From NCBI GenBank assembly GCA_964517685.1, contig CAZFCF010000001.1, positions 345,458-409,457 of the forward strand: DNA of 64,000 bases. Reading direction: 5' to 3'. A program made the position numbers and the translations under genes. The DNA is from an uncultured Gammaproteobacteria bacterium (GTDB lineage: Bacteria; Cyanobacteriota; Vampirovibrionia; LMEP-6097). The notes beneath the pieces are model-generated. The model was not told where the DNA came from, did no database searches, and saw only the letters and a list, made by a program, of their open reading frames with translations. Of this stretch, positions 37,274 through 45,189 are shown one piece after another; position 1 is the first letter of the stretch, and each line of letters starts with the position of its first letter.

Positions 37274-38074
37274 ATGGCAGACGGTAAAGTAATAGTAATC
37301 ACATCAGGCAAAGGAGGAGTAGGAAAAACTACTACCACCGCTAATATTGGAGCTGCTTTGGCAAGCTTAGGTAAAACAGTCTGCGTTATGGACATGGATA
37401 TCGGTTTAAGAAACCTTGATATTCTTATGGGTCTTGAAAATAGAGTTGTTTATAACTTAGTTGAAGTTGTAGAAGGCACTTGCACACTCAAACAAGCTTT
37501 AGTAAAAGACAAAAAAATGCCAAATCTTTGTTTGCTACCAGCAGCGCAAACTAGAGACAAAACTGCAGTTAACTCAGATCAAATAAAAGCTTTAGTAGAA
37601 GAAATCAAAACAGTTTTTGATTTTGTTTTAGTTGATTGCCCAGCAGGTATTGAATCTGGTTTCCAGAACAGCATTGCTGGAGCAGATCAAGCAGTAGTAG
37701 TAGTAACTCCTGAAATGTCGTCAGTAAGAGATGCTGACAGGATTGTAGGATTGCTTGAAGCAAGAAGAGATCAATTTGCAGCTATTAATTTAATTGTAAA
37801 TAGAGTTAAACCAGGTCTTATAGAAGCTAATCAAATGATGAGCGTCGATGATATCTGTGAAATCCTTTCAATCGATCTTATTGGCGTGGTTCCTGATGAT
37901 GAAGACATCATTATTTCTACTAACAAAGGAGAGCCGCTTTCTCTTACTACCAATAAGTCAGCAGGACAAGCTTACAGAAACATAGCGAAAAGATTACTCG
38001 GTGAGGAAGTACCTTTTATGGAACTGAATAAAAGACTTAACATCATTAATAAAATAAAGGCGATATTTGCTTAA
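37274..38074 (+). CDS. minD: Septum site-determining ATPase MinD.
   Basis: VIVITSGKGGVGKTTTTANIGAALA deviant Walker A. C-terminal amphipathic helix. Confidence 0.9.
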   Translation: MADGKVIVITSGKGGVGKTTTTANIGAALASLGKTVCVMDMDIGLRNLDILMGLENRVVYNLVEVVEGTCTLKQALVKDKKMPNLCLLPAAQTRDKTAVNSDQIKALVEEIKTVFDFVLVDCPAGIESGFQNSIAGADQAVVVVTPEMSSVRDADRIVGLLEARRDQFAAINLIVNRVKPGLIEANQMMSVDDICEILSIDLIGVVPDDEDIIISTNKGEPLSLTTNKSAGQAYRNIAKRLLGEEVPFMELNKRLNIINKIKAIFA

Positions 38075-38086
38075 AGGATTATTGAT

Positions 38087-38434
38087 ATGAGAAATATTTT
38101 TCGTTGGCTTTTAGGAATTAAACATGATGGTAGCGGGGTTACAGCTTCTAATCGCATGAAGACAATGCTGGTCAATGATCGTTATCAATTACCACAGGGT
38201 GTTATTGAACAACTTAAGCAAGATTTTCTTTCTGTAGCAGCAAGATATTTTGATGTCGACCTTGATTCATCTGAGTGTGTGATAAAATCACTCGGTGACC
38301 GCAAAGCGTTCATTTCAGCCACAGTACCACTTTTAGGTAGAGGTATCCCAAAAGATGCAAACACAACAGGAAAACACAACTCGTCAAAAGCTTCAAGAAG
38401 AAATAGCGGCAATTTTTCGTCTACCGCTTCCTGA
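38087..38434 (+). CDS. minE: Cell division topological specificity factor MinE, with an unusual C-terminal extension.
   Basis: N-terminal MRNIFRWLLG...SNRMKTMLVNDR membrane-targeting and anti-MinCD region is typical of MinE. The ORF continues ~30 aa beyond the usual length and overlaps the bioB start by 80 nt. Confidence 0.65.
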   Translation: MRNIFRWLLGIKHDGSGVTASNRMKTMLVNDRYQLPQGVIEQLKQDFLSVAARYFDVDLDSSECVIKSLGDRKAFISATVPLLGRGIPKDANTTGKHNSSKASRRNSGNFSSTAS

Positions 38435-39317
38435 ACTAATTTTTAAAGCACAGCTTATTCATAGAGAATTTCATGACCCGAATGAGATTCAATTCTGCAC
38501 CCTGAGTAGTATCAAGACTGGCGCTTGTCCAGAGGATTGTGGCTACTGCTCACAATCAGCCCGCTATAAGACAGGACTCCAGTATGAGCCGTTAATTTCT
38601 GAAGAGCAAATGCTAAAAGAAGCCAGAGAAGCGCAAGCAAATGGCTCGACGAGATTTTGTATGGGAGCCGCTTGGCGTGAGATTCCTGATGGACCAGATT
38701 TTGATCGCGTGGTTAATGTGGTCTCTGAAGTTAAAGCTATGGGCATGGAGCCTTGTGTGACTCTTGGTATGTTAACTTCAGAGCAAGCTCTACGCTTAAA
38801 AGCTGCCGGACTACATAGTTACAATCACAATATAGACACTTCTGAAGAGCATTATTCTAAGATCATCTCTACTAGAACTTTTCAAGATCGTTTAGATACT
38901 ATTAGCCATGTGCAAGAAGCAGGCATTAATGTTTGTTGTGGTGGAATTTTGGGGCTCGGAGAAAGTTTTGAAGATAGAGTTAGCTTTGTAGCTAGCCTTG
39001 CAGCAATGGACCCACAGCCTAGCTCAGTGCCAATCAATGTCCTAGTGCCGATTGCAGGGACTCCGCTTGAAGAGGCTGAGCCTATAGATAAATTTGATTT
39101 AGTGCGCACTGTAGCTGTTGCCCGCATTATGATCCCGCGTGCGCGCATTAGATTATCAGCAGGCAGGTTAACTATGAGCGAAGAACTGCAAGCAATGTGC
39201 TTTATAGCTGGAGCTAATAGTATCCACACTGGAGATAAACTTCTTACAACTCCACTTGCCGGCAAATCGAAAGACCATGAGCTGGTTGAGAAACTTGGCA
39301 TGAAGGTTGCAAGGTAG
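38355..39317 (+). CDS. bioB: Biotin synthase.
   Basis: Radical-SAM motif IKTGACPEDCGYCSQS. Typical BioB length. Confidence 0.9.
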   Translation: MQTQQENTTRQKLQEEIAAIFRLPLPELIFKAQLIHREFHDPNEIQFCTLSSIKTGACPEDCGYCSQSARYKTGLQYEPLISEEQMLKEAREAQANGSTRFCMGAAWREIPDGPDFDRVVNVVSEVKAMGMEPCVTLGMLTSEQALRLKAAGLHSYNHNIDTSEEHYSKIISTRTFQDRLDTISHVQEAGINVCCGGILGLGESFEDRVSFVASLAAMDPQPSSVPINVLVPIAGTPLEEAEPIDKFDLVRTVAVARIMIPRARIRLSAGRLTMSEELQAMCFIAGANSIHTGDKLLTTPLAGKSKDHELVEKLGMKVAR

Positions 39318-39330
39318 TTTTTATATCAAA

Positions 39331-40353
39331 TTACGCGAAGCTGTAATATTCTGCTAGATTATAGTCTTTTTGAATCTTAGTAAAATCTATAAATTTGCGA
39401 CTTTGTTCGTAATTCTCAGCAGCTTCTTTAGTTGGAAGTTCACAGACATTAGCAGATTTACTAAACTTCTCTACTGTAAAAGCTTCTTGAATAGCTGCTT
39501 TGATACCTGATGTCTTACTGTTTTCTGTAATTGATTTAAAGAACCTAAATTGCCTCAAGAGATTCTCTAATTTATAAATTTCTACTTCAAGATCATGTTG
39601 TTGTTTTTCATTTGGTACTTCATAATTTATTTTACTGCGCTCTTCATAACAACTCCCTAATTGGTAATCTATTAAATAAGCTAATTGACCTAGCCTTTTA
39701 TTTATGAGAGACCCTAAATCATTTTCATTTTCTCTTAGAAGTTTACTTTTATTAGATTGAACAATGTTTTTTAATTCTTTTGCAGCCTTATCACTTTTTT
39801 CTTTCAAAAGATTTTGCAAAGCCGAGAACAATATTCTTTCACGTAAATCTATAGTCACTTTATTTGGACTATGTAGAGAACCAAAGAACCTTGTGAGCAT
39901 AGGTATTCTTTGATTAGCTAAAGCTAAATTTAGATGTGTTTTAACATCCAGTTCCCCATCCAAAAATTTTCTCTCAGGTGCATTTGAATTAATCACTGGT
40001 CTAGATTCAGCTCTATCAACAGCTTTTGCAGAACCTTGTTCTAAATTAGAAACTTCTCCCAGAAGTTTAGGTCGTATAGACTTCCATTGTTGATACAAAG
40101 ACTTGAGTTCTTGTCTTAAATTTCTAAAGAAACCAGGTTGCTTAATTAAGTCAAACTGGTTGTTTATAGTTTTGATGAACGTAGGTAATTTGTGTTGCTC
40201 TTCTGAACTTAATGTCCTTAACTCACCTCTCTTGTAGCCAGAGAATATCTTTTGAGCATTAGGAATAGTCATTCTTTGCAAACTGTCTAGTTCCTTTAAT
40301 CCTCCATAAACAAAGTTAAGGGCATGGGTTATTTGGGTAGTAGTGTGGACCAT
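39331..40353 (-). CDS. Hypothetical protein, 340 aa.
   Basis: ORF track. Helical, charged, no TM segment, no recognisable motif. Confidence 0.4.
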   Translation of the reverse strand: MVHTTTQITHALNFVYGGLKELDSLQRMTIPNAQKIFSGYKRGELRTLSSEEQHKLPTFIKTINNQFDLIKQPGFFRNLRQELKSLYQQWKSIRPKLLGEVSNLEQGSAKAVDRAESRPVINSNAPERKFLDGELDVKTHLNLALANQRIPMLTRFFGSLHSPNKVTIDLRERILFSALQNLLKEKSDKAAKELKNIVQSNKSKLLRENENDLGSLINKRLGQLAYLIDYQLGSCYEERSKINYEVPNEKQQHDLEVEIYKLENLLRQFRFFKSITENSKTSGIKAAIQEAFTVEKFSKSANVCELPTKEAAENYEQSRKFIDFTKIQKDYNLAEYYSFA

Positions 40354-40409
40354 TCAGAAATATTATCTAAAAACAATTAGGTTGTCAATATCTCTTCAAT
40401 AGCATCCAT

Positions 40410-40478
40410 AAAAAGTTTCGATTATAATCGAAACTTTTTGATATTTTAGGAAAGTTTAGATTATAGTCTAAACTTTTA
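40410..40478. promoter_or_regulatory. Two adjacent ~28-bp palindromes (candidate operator sites) in a divergent promoter region.
   Basis: aaaagtttcgattataatcgaaactttt (perfect) and gaaagtttagattatagtctaaactttt (one mismatch). Centres are ~39 bp apart, between the 39331-40353 gene (minus strand) and ddl (plus strand). Confidence 0.5.
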
Positions 40479-40491
40479 ATAACTAAACATT

Positions 40492-41499
40492 ATGGACAAA
40501 TCAATCATAGTAATTTGCGGTGGACTTTCAGAAGAAAGAGAAGTTTCATTAAGATCTGGAGCAAATGTTCATAGTGCCTTACAGAGACTAGGTTACGCTA
40601 ATGCTGAGTTATTTGATTTCAAAGATTATAATTCACTTTCTGATCTAGTTGAAAAAAAACGCCAAGGAAAATTTGATCAAGCTTTCTTACTTACTCATGG
40701 TACTTATGGTGAAGATGGTTGTATTCAAGGTTTTATGGAATTACTGGGTGTACCGTATACCGGTTCAAAGGTTGAAACTAGCGCTATTTGCATGAATAAG
40801 ACTCGTACTAAAGAAATTCTTAGTGCGCATAATTTACCAATATTAAAAACTTATTTAGCTAAAGAAGTATATGAAGGTTCGACTGATCTAGATGCCAATA
40901 CGGAAATAATCCTCAAACCTAGTGTCGGCGGTTCTAGTGTCGGCATTACCAAATTCAATTCTCAAGCTGAATTCAAGAATTTTATAGATGCAAATATTCA
41001 AGTTAAAAATGAAATTGAAAAATATTTCATTGAGAAATTTATTCGTGGTACTGAAGTAACTACAAGTATTATTGAAGCAAACTTGGAGATGATCACAGAG
41101 AATAAGAATCATTGTAAGGCTTTGCAAAGAACTGGATCCTTACGCTTCGCTCAGGATGACGGGACTATAGTTTCATTACCTATATTAGAATTACGTCCTA
41201 AAAACGAATTCTACGATTATGAAGCTAAATATACTAAGGGCATGACTGAGTTTGTTTTGCCTGCGGAGATAAGCACAGAACTAGAAGAAGCAATTCATAC
41301 CTATGCCCTGGAAGCCTTTCATCAATTAGATTGTAAGGGTGCAGCTAGAGTTGATTTTATTATCGATGGTAAAACTAATAAGCCTTATATTCTTGAAGTT
41401 AATACTTTACCTGGCATGACTGATACAAGTGATTTACCTGCGCAAGCTAAAGCGGCAGGGATTAGTTACGATGAGCTGGTGAGAATTATTCTTTCTTAG
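40492..41499 (+). CDS. ddl: D-alanine--D-alanine ligase, with a small in-frame GC-rich insertion.
   Basis: ATP-grasp Ddl blocks (IIVICGGLSEEREVSLRSG; EVNTLPGMT). TGSLRFAQDDGTIV is encoded by the GC-rich fragment at 41133-41163. Confidence 0.85.
   Translation: MDKSIIVICGGLSEEREVSLRSGANVHSALQRLGYANAELFDFKDYNSLSDLVEKKRQGKFDQAFLLTHGTYGEDGCIQGFMELLGVPYTGSKVETSAICMNKTRTKEILSAHNLPILKTYLAKEVYEGSTDLDANTEIILKPSVGGSSVGITKFNSQAEFKNFIDANIQVKNEIEKYFIEKFIRGTEVTTSIIEANLEMITENKNHCKALQRTGSLRFAQDDGTIVSLPILELRPKNEFYDYEAKYTKGMTEFVLPAEISTELEEAIHTYALEAFHQLDCKGAARVDFIIDGKTNKPYILEVNTLPGMTDTSDLPAQAKAAGISYDELVRIILS
41133..41163. repeat. Short RPE-like fragment, in frame in ddl.
   Basis: ggatccttacgcttcgctcaggatgacggg. 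Confidence 0.6.
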
Positions 41500-42118
41500 T
41501 CTCGGTCTTAAAATTATACTCTTCACCCTTAATCAGGCGGCTAATATTGCCACTATGTTTAATCAGAACTATATAAATAAAAGCAAATATACCAAAGCAA
41601 ATCACTGGCAGAGTTTCACCAAAGAGCCAGAGCCAAATAGGAACTAAGGGCACACAAACTATAGAACCTAAAGAAGAGAAACCTGAGAGCTTAACTGTAG
41701 TAACCCAAATTACAAGAGTGATCAAAGCCACTATTGGATTCAGTGCTAGCAAAACACCCAAACCCGTTGCTGAAGATTTACCACCTTTAAAACCAATAAA
41801 AATACTTTTACTATGAGCAATAATCGGCACAAGAGATAGCGCAAGAAACAACCATTGCAAATCTCCTGGGAAAAGTCCTGAATAATTCTTAGCCCAGAAC
41901 ACTGGCAGAAAGCCTTTGAGCACATCTACAAGTAGAACCACAAATGCTTGCCATTTACCTACTAGACGTAAAACATTAGTAGCACCAGTACTGCCGCTGC
42001 CTTCTTTAGTTAGATCTATACCAAAAGCTTTACCCATCCAATAGCCACTTGGAATAGCTGCCACTAAATAAGTAAAACTGAAAAGTAAAATATAACTAGT
42101 TAGATTCTGGAAATTCAT
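41486..42118 (-). CDS. plsY: Glycerol-3-phosphate acyltransferase PlsY.
   Basis: AAIPSGYWMGK...GSGSTGATNVLR conserved PlsY N-terminal motifs. Confidence 0.85.
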   Translation of the reverse strand: MNFQNLTSYILLFSFTYLVAAIPSGYWMGKAFGIDLTKEGSGSTGATNVLRLVGKWQAFVVLLVDVLKGFLPVFWAKNYSGLFPGDLQWLFLALSLVPIIAHSKSIFIGFKGGKSSATGLGVLLALNPIVALITLVIWVTTVKLSGFSSLGSIVCVPLVPIWLWLFGETLPVICFGIFAFIYIVLIKHSGNISRLIKGEEYNFKTETKKE

Positions 42119-42449
42119 AATGAAGAGTTTTAGTGGTCATTAAAAAGTAATTCTTAGCTTCGAGATTCTTGGGATTTAATTTTATGGCTTCATCCAAAAG
42201 CTCTTTGGCTTCTCTATATCTTTGATGTTTATCAATCTTAAGATCGGAAAGTTTATATAAAGCAAATTCCTGATGTACTTCAGAATTATAATTCTTAGCT
42301 CTAGTTGTTTTATATTGGTTTAAAACTTCAATGGCTTTTTCATAACGCTTTTCTTTAACTAAATTCTTAGCCTCACCCAGGTCTTCAAAGACCCCGCAGG
42401 CAGTAACCAGAAACAAAGTCAAAAATGCTGTTATGATTTTTTTAAGCAC
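42096..42449 (-). CDS. Small lipoprotein with TPR-like helices.
   Basis: Lipobox LVTAC. Helical repeats. Confidence 0.4.
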   Translation of the reverse strand: MLKKIITAFLTLFLVTACGVFEDLGEAKNLVKEKRYEKAIEVLNQYKTTRAKNYNSEVHQEFALYKLSDLKIDKHQRYREAKELLDEAIKLNPKNLEAKNYFLMTTKTLHYEFPESN

Positions 42450-42478
42450 AAAGATAATGATAGAACATTAAGCCAATC

Positions 42479-43501
42479 ATGGATAGAGCCGCCCACAAAG
42501 CCATAAAAATAAGCCTTTCAGCAAAGATTTCATTACTGATTTTAGTAACGCTTTATTCAATAATGCTACTTAGTGATTTTATTGCACCATATGATCCGCT
42601 TTATCAAAATCCCGAAGCTGGCTATGCTAGTCCCACAAAAATTCATTTAAATAAAAATGGCTTCTATATTTATCCACAGAAATTTTTAATTGATGAGCAA
42701 AGTTACCAAAAACAAAATATCGAAGTTGATGAGAAGCTTGGTGGCAAAAAATACTATTTAAAATTTTTCCAAGAGGGCAAACTATTTAGCGTAGAAAAAC
42801 CAGCTCATATTTATATTTTAGGAACAGATAGAATTGGCAGAGATTTATTTTCACGTTTGGTACATGGCAGTAAACCAAGCTTACTCATTGGTTTTCTGGG
42901 CATACTTATAGCCTTTCCCATTGGCGCAATCTATGGTGGTATCTCTGGCTACTTGGGTGGACCTGTAGACAATATAATGATGCGTCTTGCCGAGGCGATT
43001 ATGTCCTTGCCAACTTTTTATCTACTAATAATTCTTTCAGCGATGTTACCTGCTAGTTTGGATAACTTCCAAAGGTTCTCTTTGATCACAGTGATTCTCT
43101 CTTTTGTATCTTGGGCTGGACTTTCAAGAATCATCAGAGGCCAAGTGCTTTCAATTAAATCCAAGGAATTTATAGATTCAGCCAAAACTATTGGACAAAA
43201 GGATTACGCAATAATTCTCAAACATCTCATACCGCATACCTTTAGTTTCTTAGTTATTGCCATGACTTTAAGCGTGCCGGGTTTTATCATCGGTGAGTCA
43301 GCACTAAGCTTCTTAGGTTTAGGCATTAATCAACCTGATCCCAGCTGGGGCAATATACTTTCTGAAGGTAAGGATCTGAGTAATATTCTTACAAGACCTT
43401 GGCTCATTTTTATTCCTACTACATTGATCTTTGCTGCGGTGTTTAGTTTTAATATACTTGGGGATTATTTGAGAGATTTGTTGGATCCGAAGAGTCAGTA
43501 A
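42479..43501 (+). CDS. ABC transporter permease, OppC/DppC-like.
   Basis: Six TM helices. Binding-protein-dependent permease EAA region (MRLAEAIMSLPTFYLL). Confidence 0.65.
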   Translation: MDRAAHKAIKISLSAKISLLILVTLYSIMLLSDFIAPYDPLYQNPEAGYASPTKIHLNKNGFYIYPQKFLIDEQSYQKQNIEVDEKLGGKKYYLKFFQEGKLFSVEKPAHIYILGTDRIGRDLFSRLVHGSKPSLLIGFLGILIAFPIGAIYGGISGYLGGPVDNIMMRLAEAIMSLPTFYLLIILSAMLPASLDNFQRFSLITVILSFVSWAGLSRIIRGQVLSIKSKEFIDSAKTIGQKDYAIILKHLIPHTFSFLVIAMTLSVPGFIIGESALSFLGLGINQPDPSWGNILSEGKDLSNILTRPWLIFIPTTLIFAAVFSFNILGDYLRDLLDPKSQ

Positions 43502-43506
43502 TAGCA

Positions 43507-43609
43507 AATGCCGTCATCGCGAGCCAGCGAAGCTGGCGTGGCGATCCAGTCTGCCACAAGCTTTAATCAGTTCTGGATCCCTACGTCGCTTCGCTCCTCA
43601 GGATGACGA
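43507..43609. repeat. RPE-like GC-rich palindromic element abutting the truncated xerD-like gene.
   Basis: aaatgccgtcatcgcgagccagcgaagctggcgtggcgatccagtctgccaca...ctggatccctacgtcgcttcgctcctcaggatgacgac. Confidence 0.8.
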
Positions 43610-43610
43610 C

Positions 43611-44411
43611 TTACAAATTCACAGTCTTCTGCCCAGTAAGGTCTCTGAGCAAAGTCTCATGGGCGCCGTTTTCTTTCATATGCTTGAGAAAACTATTGCG
43701 CAGAATTGACGGAGAAACTCTTTTAGTAAGTCCAGATTTCTTAGCTGCATCTCTAATCAAACGAAAGATTTCGCGCTCTGAAACTCCTTCACCACGGCGA
43801 TTAAGTATAAGCTTAGAGTTAATACCCAGATTATTGTTTTTAATATGCTCTTGAATATAGCTTGCAAGTAGCTGATTGAAGGGGATTATGCGTTCTTTAA
43901 ATTTATTAGATCTTGGAATAGTAATTAATTGTGACTCTAAATCAATATCTGTAATAGTCAGCTTAACTAGTTCACCAACTCTGATTCCAGTAGCATAAAT
44001 TAACTCCAAAACAATTTTACTTTTTAGATCATGCTCTTCATAATCAAGCAAAATTACAATTTCATCTTCAGAAAGAAAAGTACAAGTCTTGTTACGGTAT
44101 TGAGAATCTCTTTGGATTTGCATAAAAGGATCTCTACTAACTAAACCCTTCTCTCTGAGCCAAATCCAAAAACCATGCATTGCCGTTAATTTACGATTGA
44201 CAGCAGCTGTAGATTTACCCTGCTCTTCGATATAAGCTCTAAATTTATTTAGGATCTCAGAATTTAAATTAGTAAGTAGAAAATTTACATCAAGCTTGTT
44301 AACACAAAAATTATAAAAATCCATTAAATCGCGGCGATAAAGTCTAAGAGAATTAAAACTAAAAATCTTATTTTCTTCGATATAATTTATGTATTCTCCT
44401 AAAAGCTCCAT
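43611..44411 (-). pseudogene. XerC/XerD-like tyrosine recombinase that appears C-terminally truncated. The reading frame stops where a GC-rich palindromic element begins.
   Basis: N-terminal LYRRDLMDFYNFC core-binding block. Catalytic ATGIRVGEL (Arg) and ILRNSF (H-x-x-R) are present, but the final GH..TT..Y.H tyrosine block is absent. The stop codon abuts the element at 43507-43609. Confidence 0.5.
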
Positions 44412-44463
44412 AGCAATTCAGTATTAAAGGATTATAGCCCAACAAGCGCAAGCTTGTCTTTAG

Positions 44464-45189
44464 ATGATGAACAAAAAAACAATGCCACAAAAACTTCTTG
44501 CAATAGTGCCCGCTGCCGGCACTGGCAGCCGCATGAATAGTGATACGCCAAAACAATTTATTGAGATCAATGGCAAACCAATTCTCATCATTACTCTTGA
44601 AACCCTTATAAACACTGGATTTTTCGAGAAAATTATCATCCCTACAATTGATATAAATTACAGCAAAGAAATCATTCACAAGTTTCTAGCAGAGCATGAA
44701 AATTCCTTAATAGTATGCAGTGGTGGTAAAACGCGTCAAGAAAGCGTTTACAAGGCTTTACAAGAAGCAAAGAAATTTGCTATTGAAACTCAGCTGACTT
44801 TGGTGCACGATGCTGCGCGAGCATTAATTGATCAAGAAACAATCACTAATGTAATCGATAAAGCTATAGAAACTGGCGCTGCAAGCGCTGCAAGGCCAGT
44901 AACAGATACTCTAAAACTTAGTCGTTTGCAAAATTCAGACTTTATAATCGAAAAAAATATCTCTCGCGAAAATCTTTGGACAATGCAAACACCACAAGTT
45001 TTCAAATCATCTCTTTTGTATGAGGCACATCAAAAAGCTCATGAAGAAAATTTCTCAGGAACAGATTGTTGTGCACTTGTAGAAAATCTCGGACAAGAAA
45101 TTTATTTAGTAGAAAGCCCTTTGACTAATATCAAAATTACAACCCAAGAGGATATTAGTTTTGCGAAGGTCGTATTTTATCAAGGTTAG
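44464..45189 (+). CDS. ispD: 2-C-methyl-D-erythritol 4-phosphate cytidylyltransferase.
   Basis: LLAIVPAAGTGSRMNSDTPKQFIEINGKPIL. Confidence 0.85.
   Translation: MMNKKTMPQKLLAIVPAAGTGSRMNSDTPKQFIEINGKPILIITLETLINTGFFEKIIIPTIDINYSKEIIHKFLAEHENSLIVCSGGKTRQESVYKALQEAKKFAIETQLTLVHDAARALIDQETITNVIDKAIETGAASAARPVTDTLKLSRLQNSDFIIEKNISRENLWTMQTPQVFKSSLLYEAHQKAHEENFSGTDCCALVENLGQEIYLVESPLTNIKITTQEDISFAKVVFYQG

Noticed and set aside
44368-44679. 103-aa minus-strand ORF spanning the xerD-like start and the ispD start.
   Set aside because: It overlaps two well-supported genes, the xerD-like gene's 5' end and ispD. Its composition is low-complexity, so it is likely spurious.
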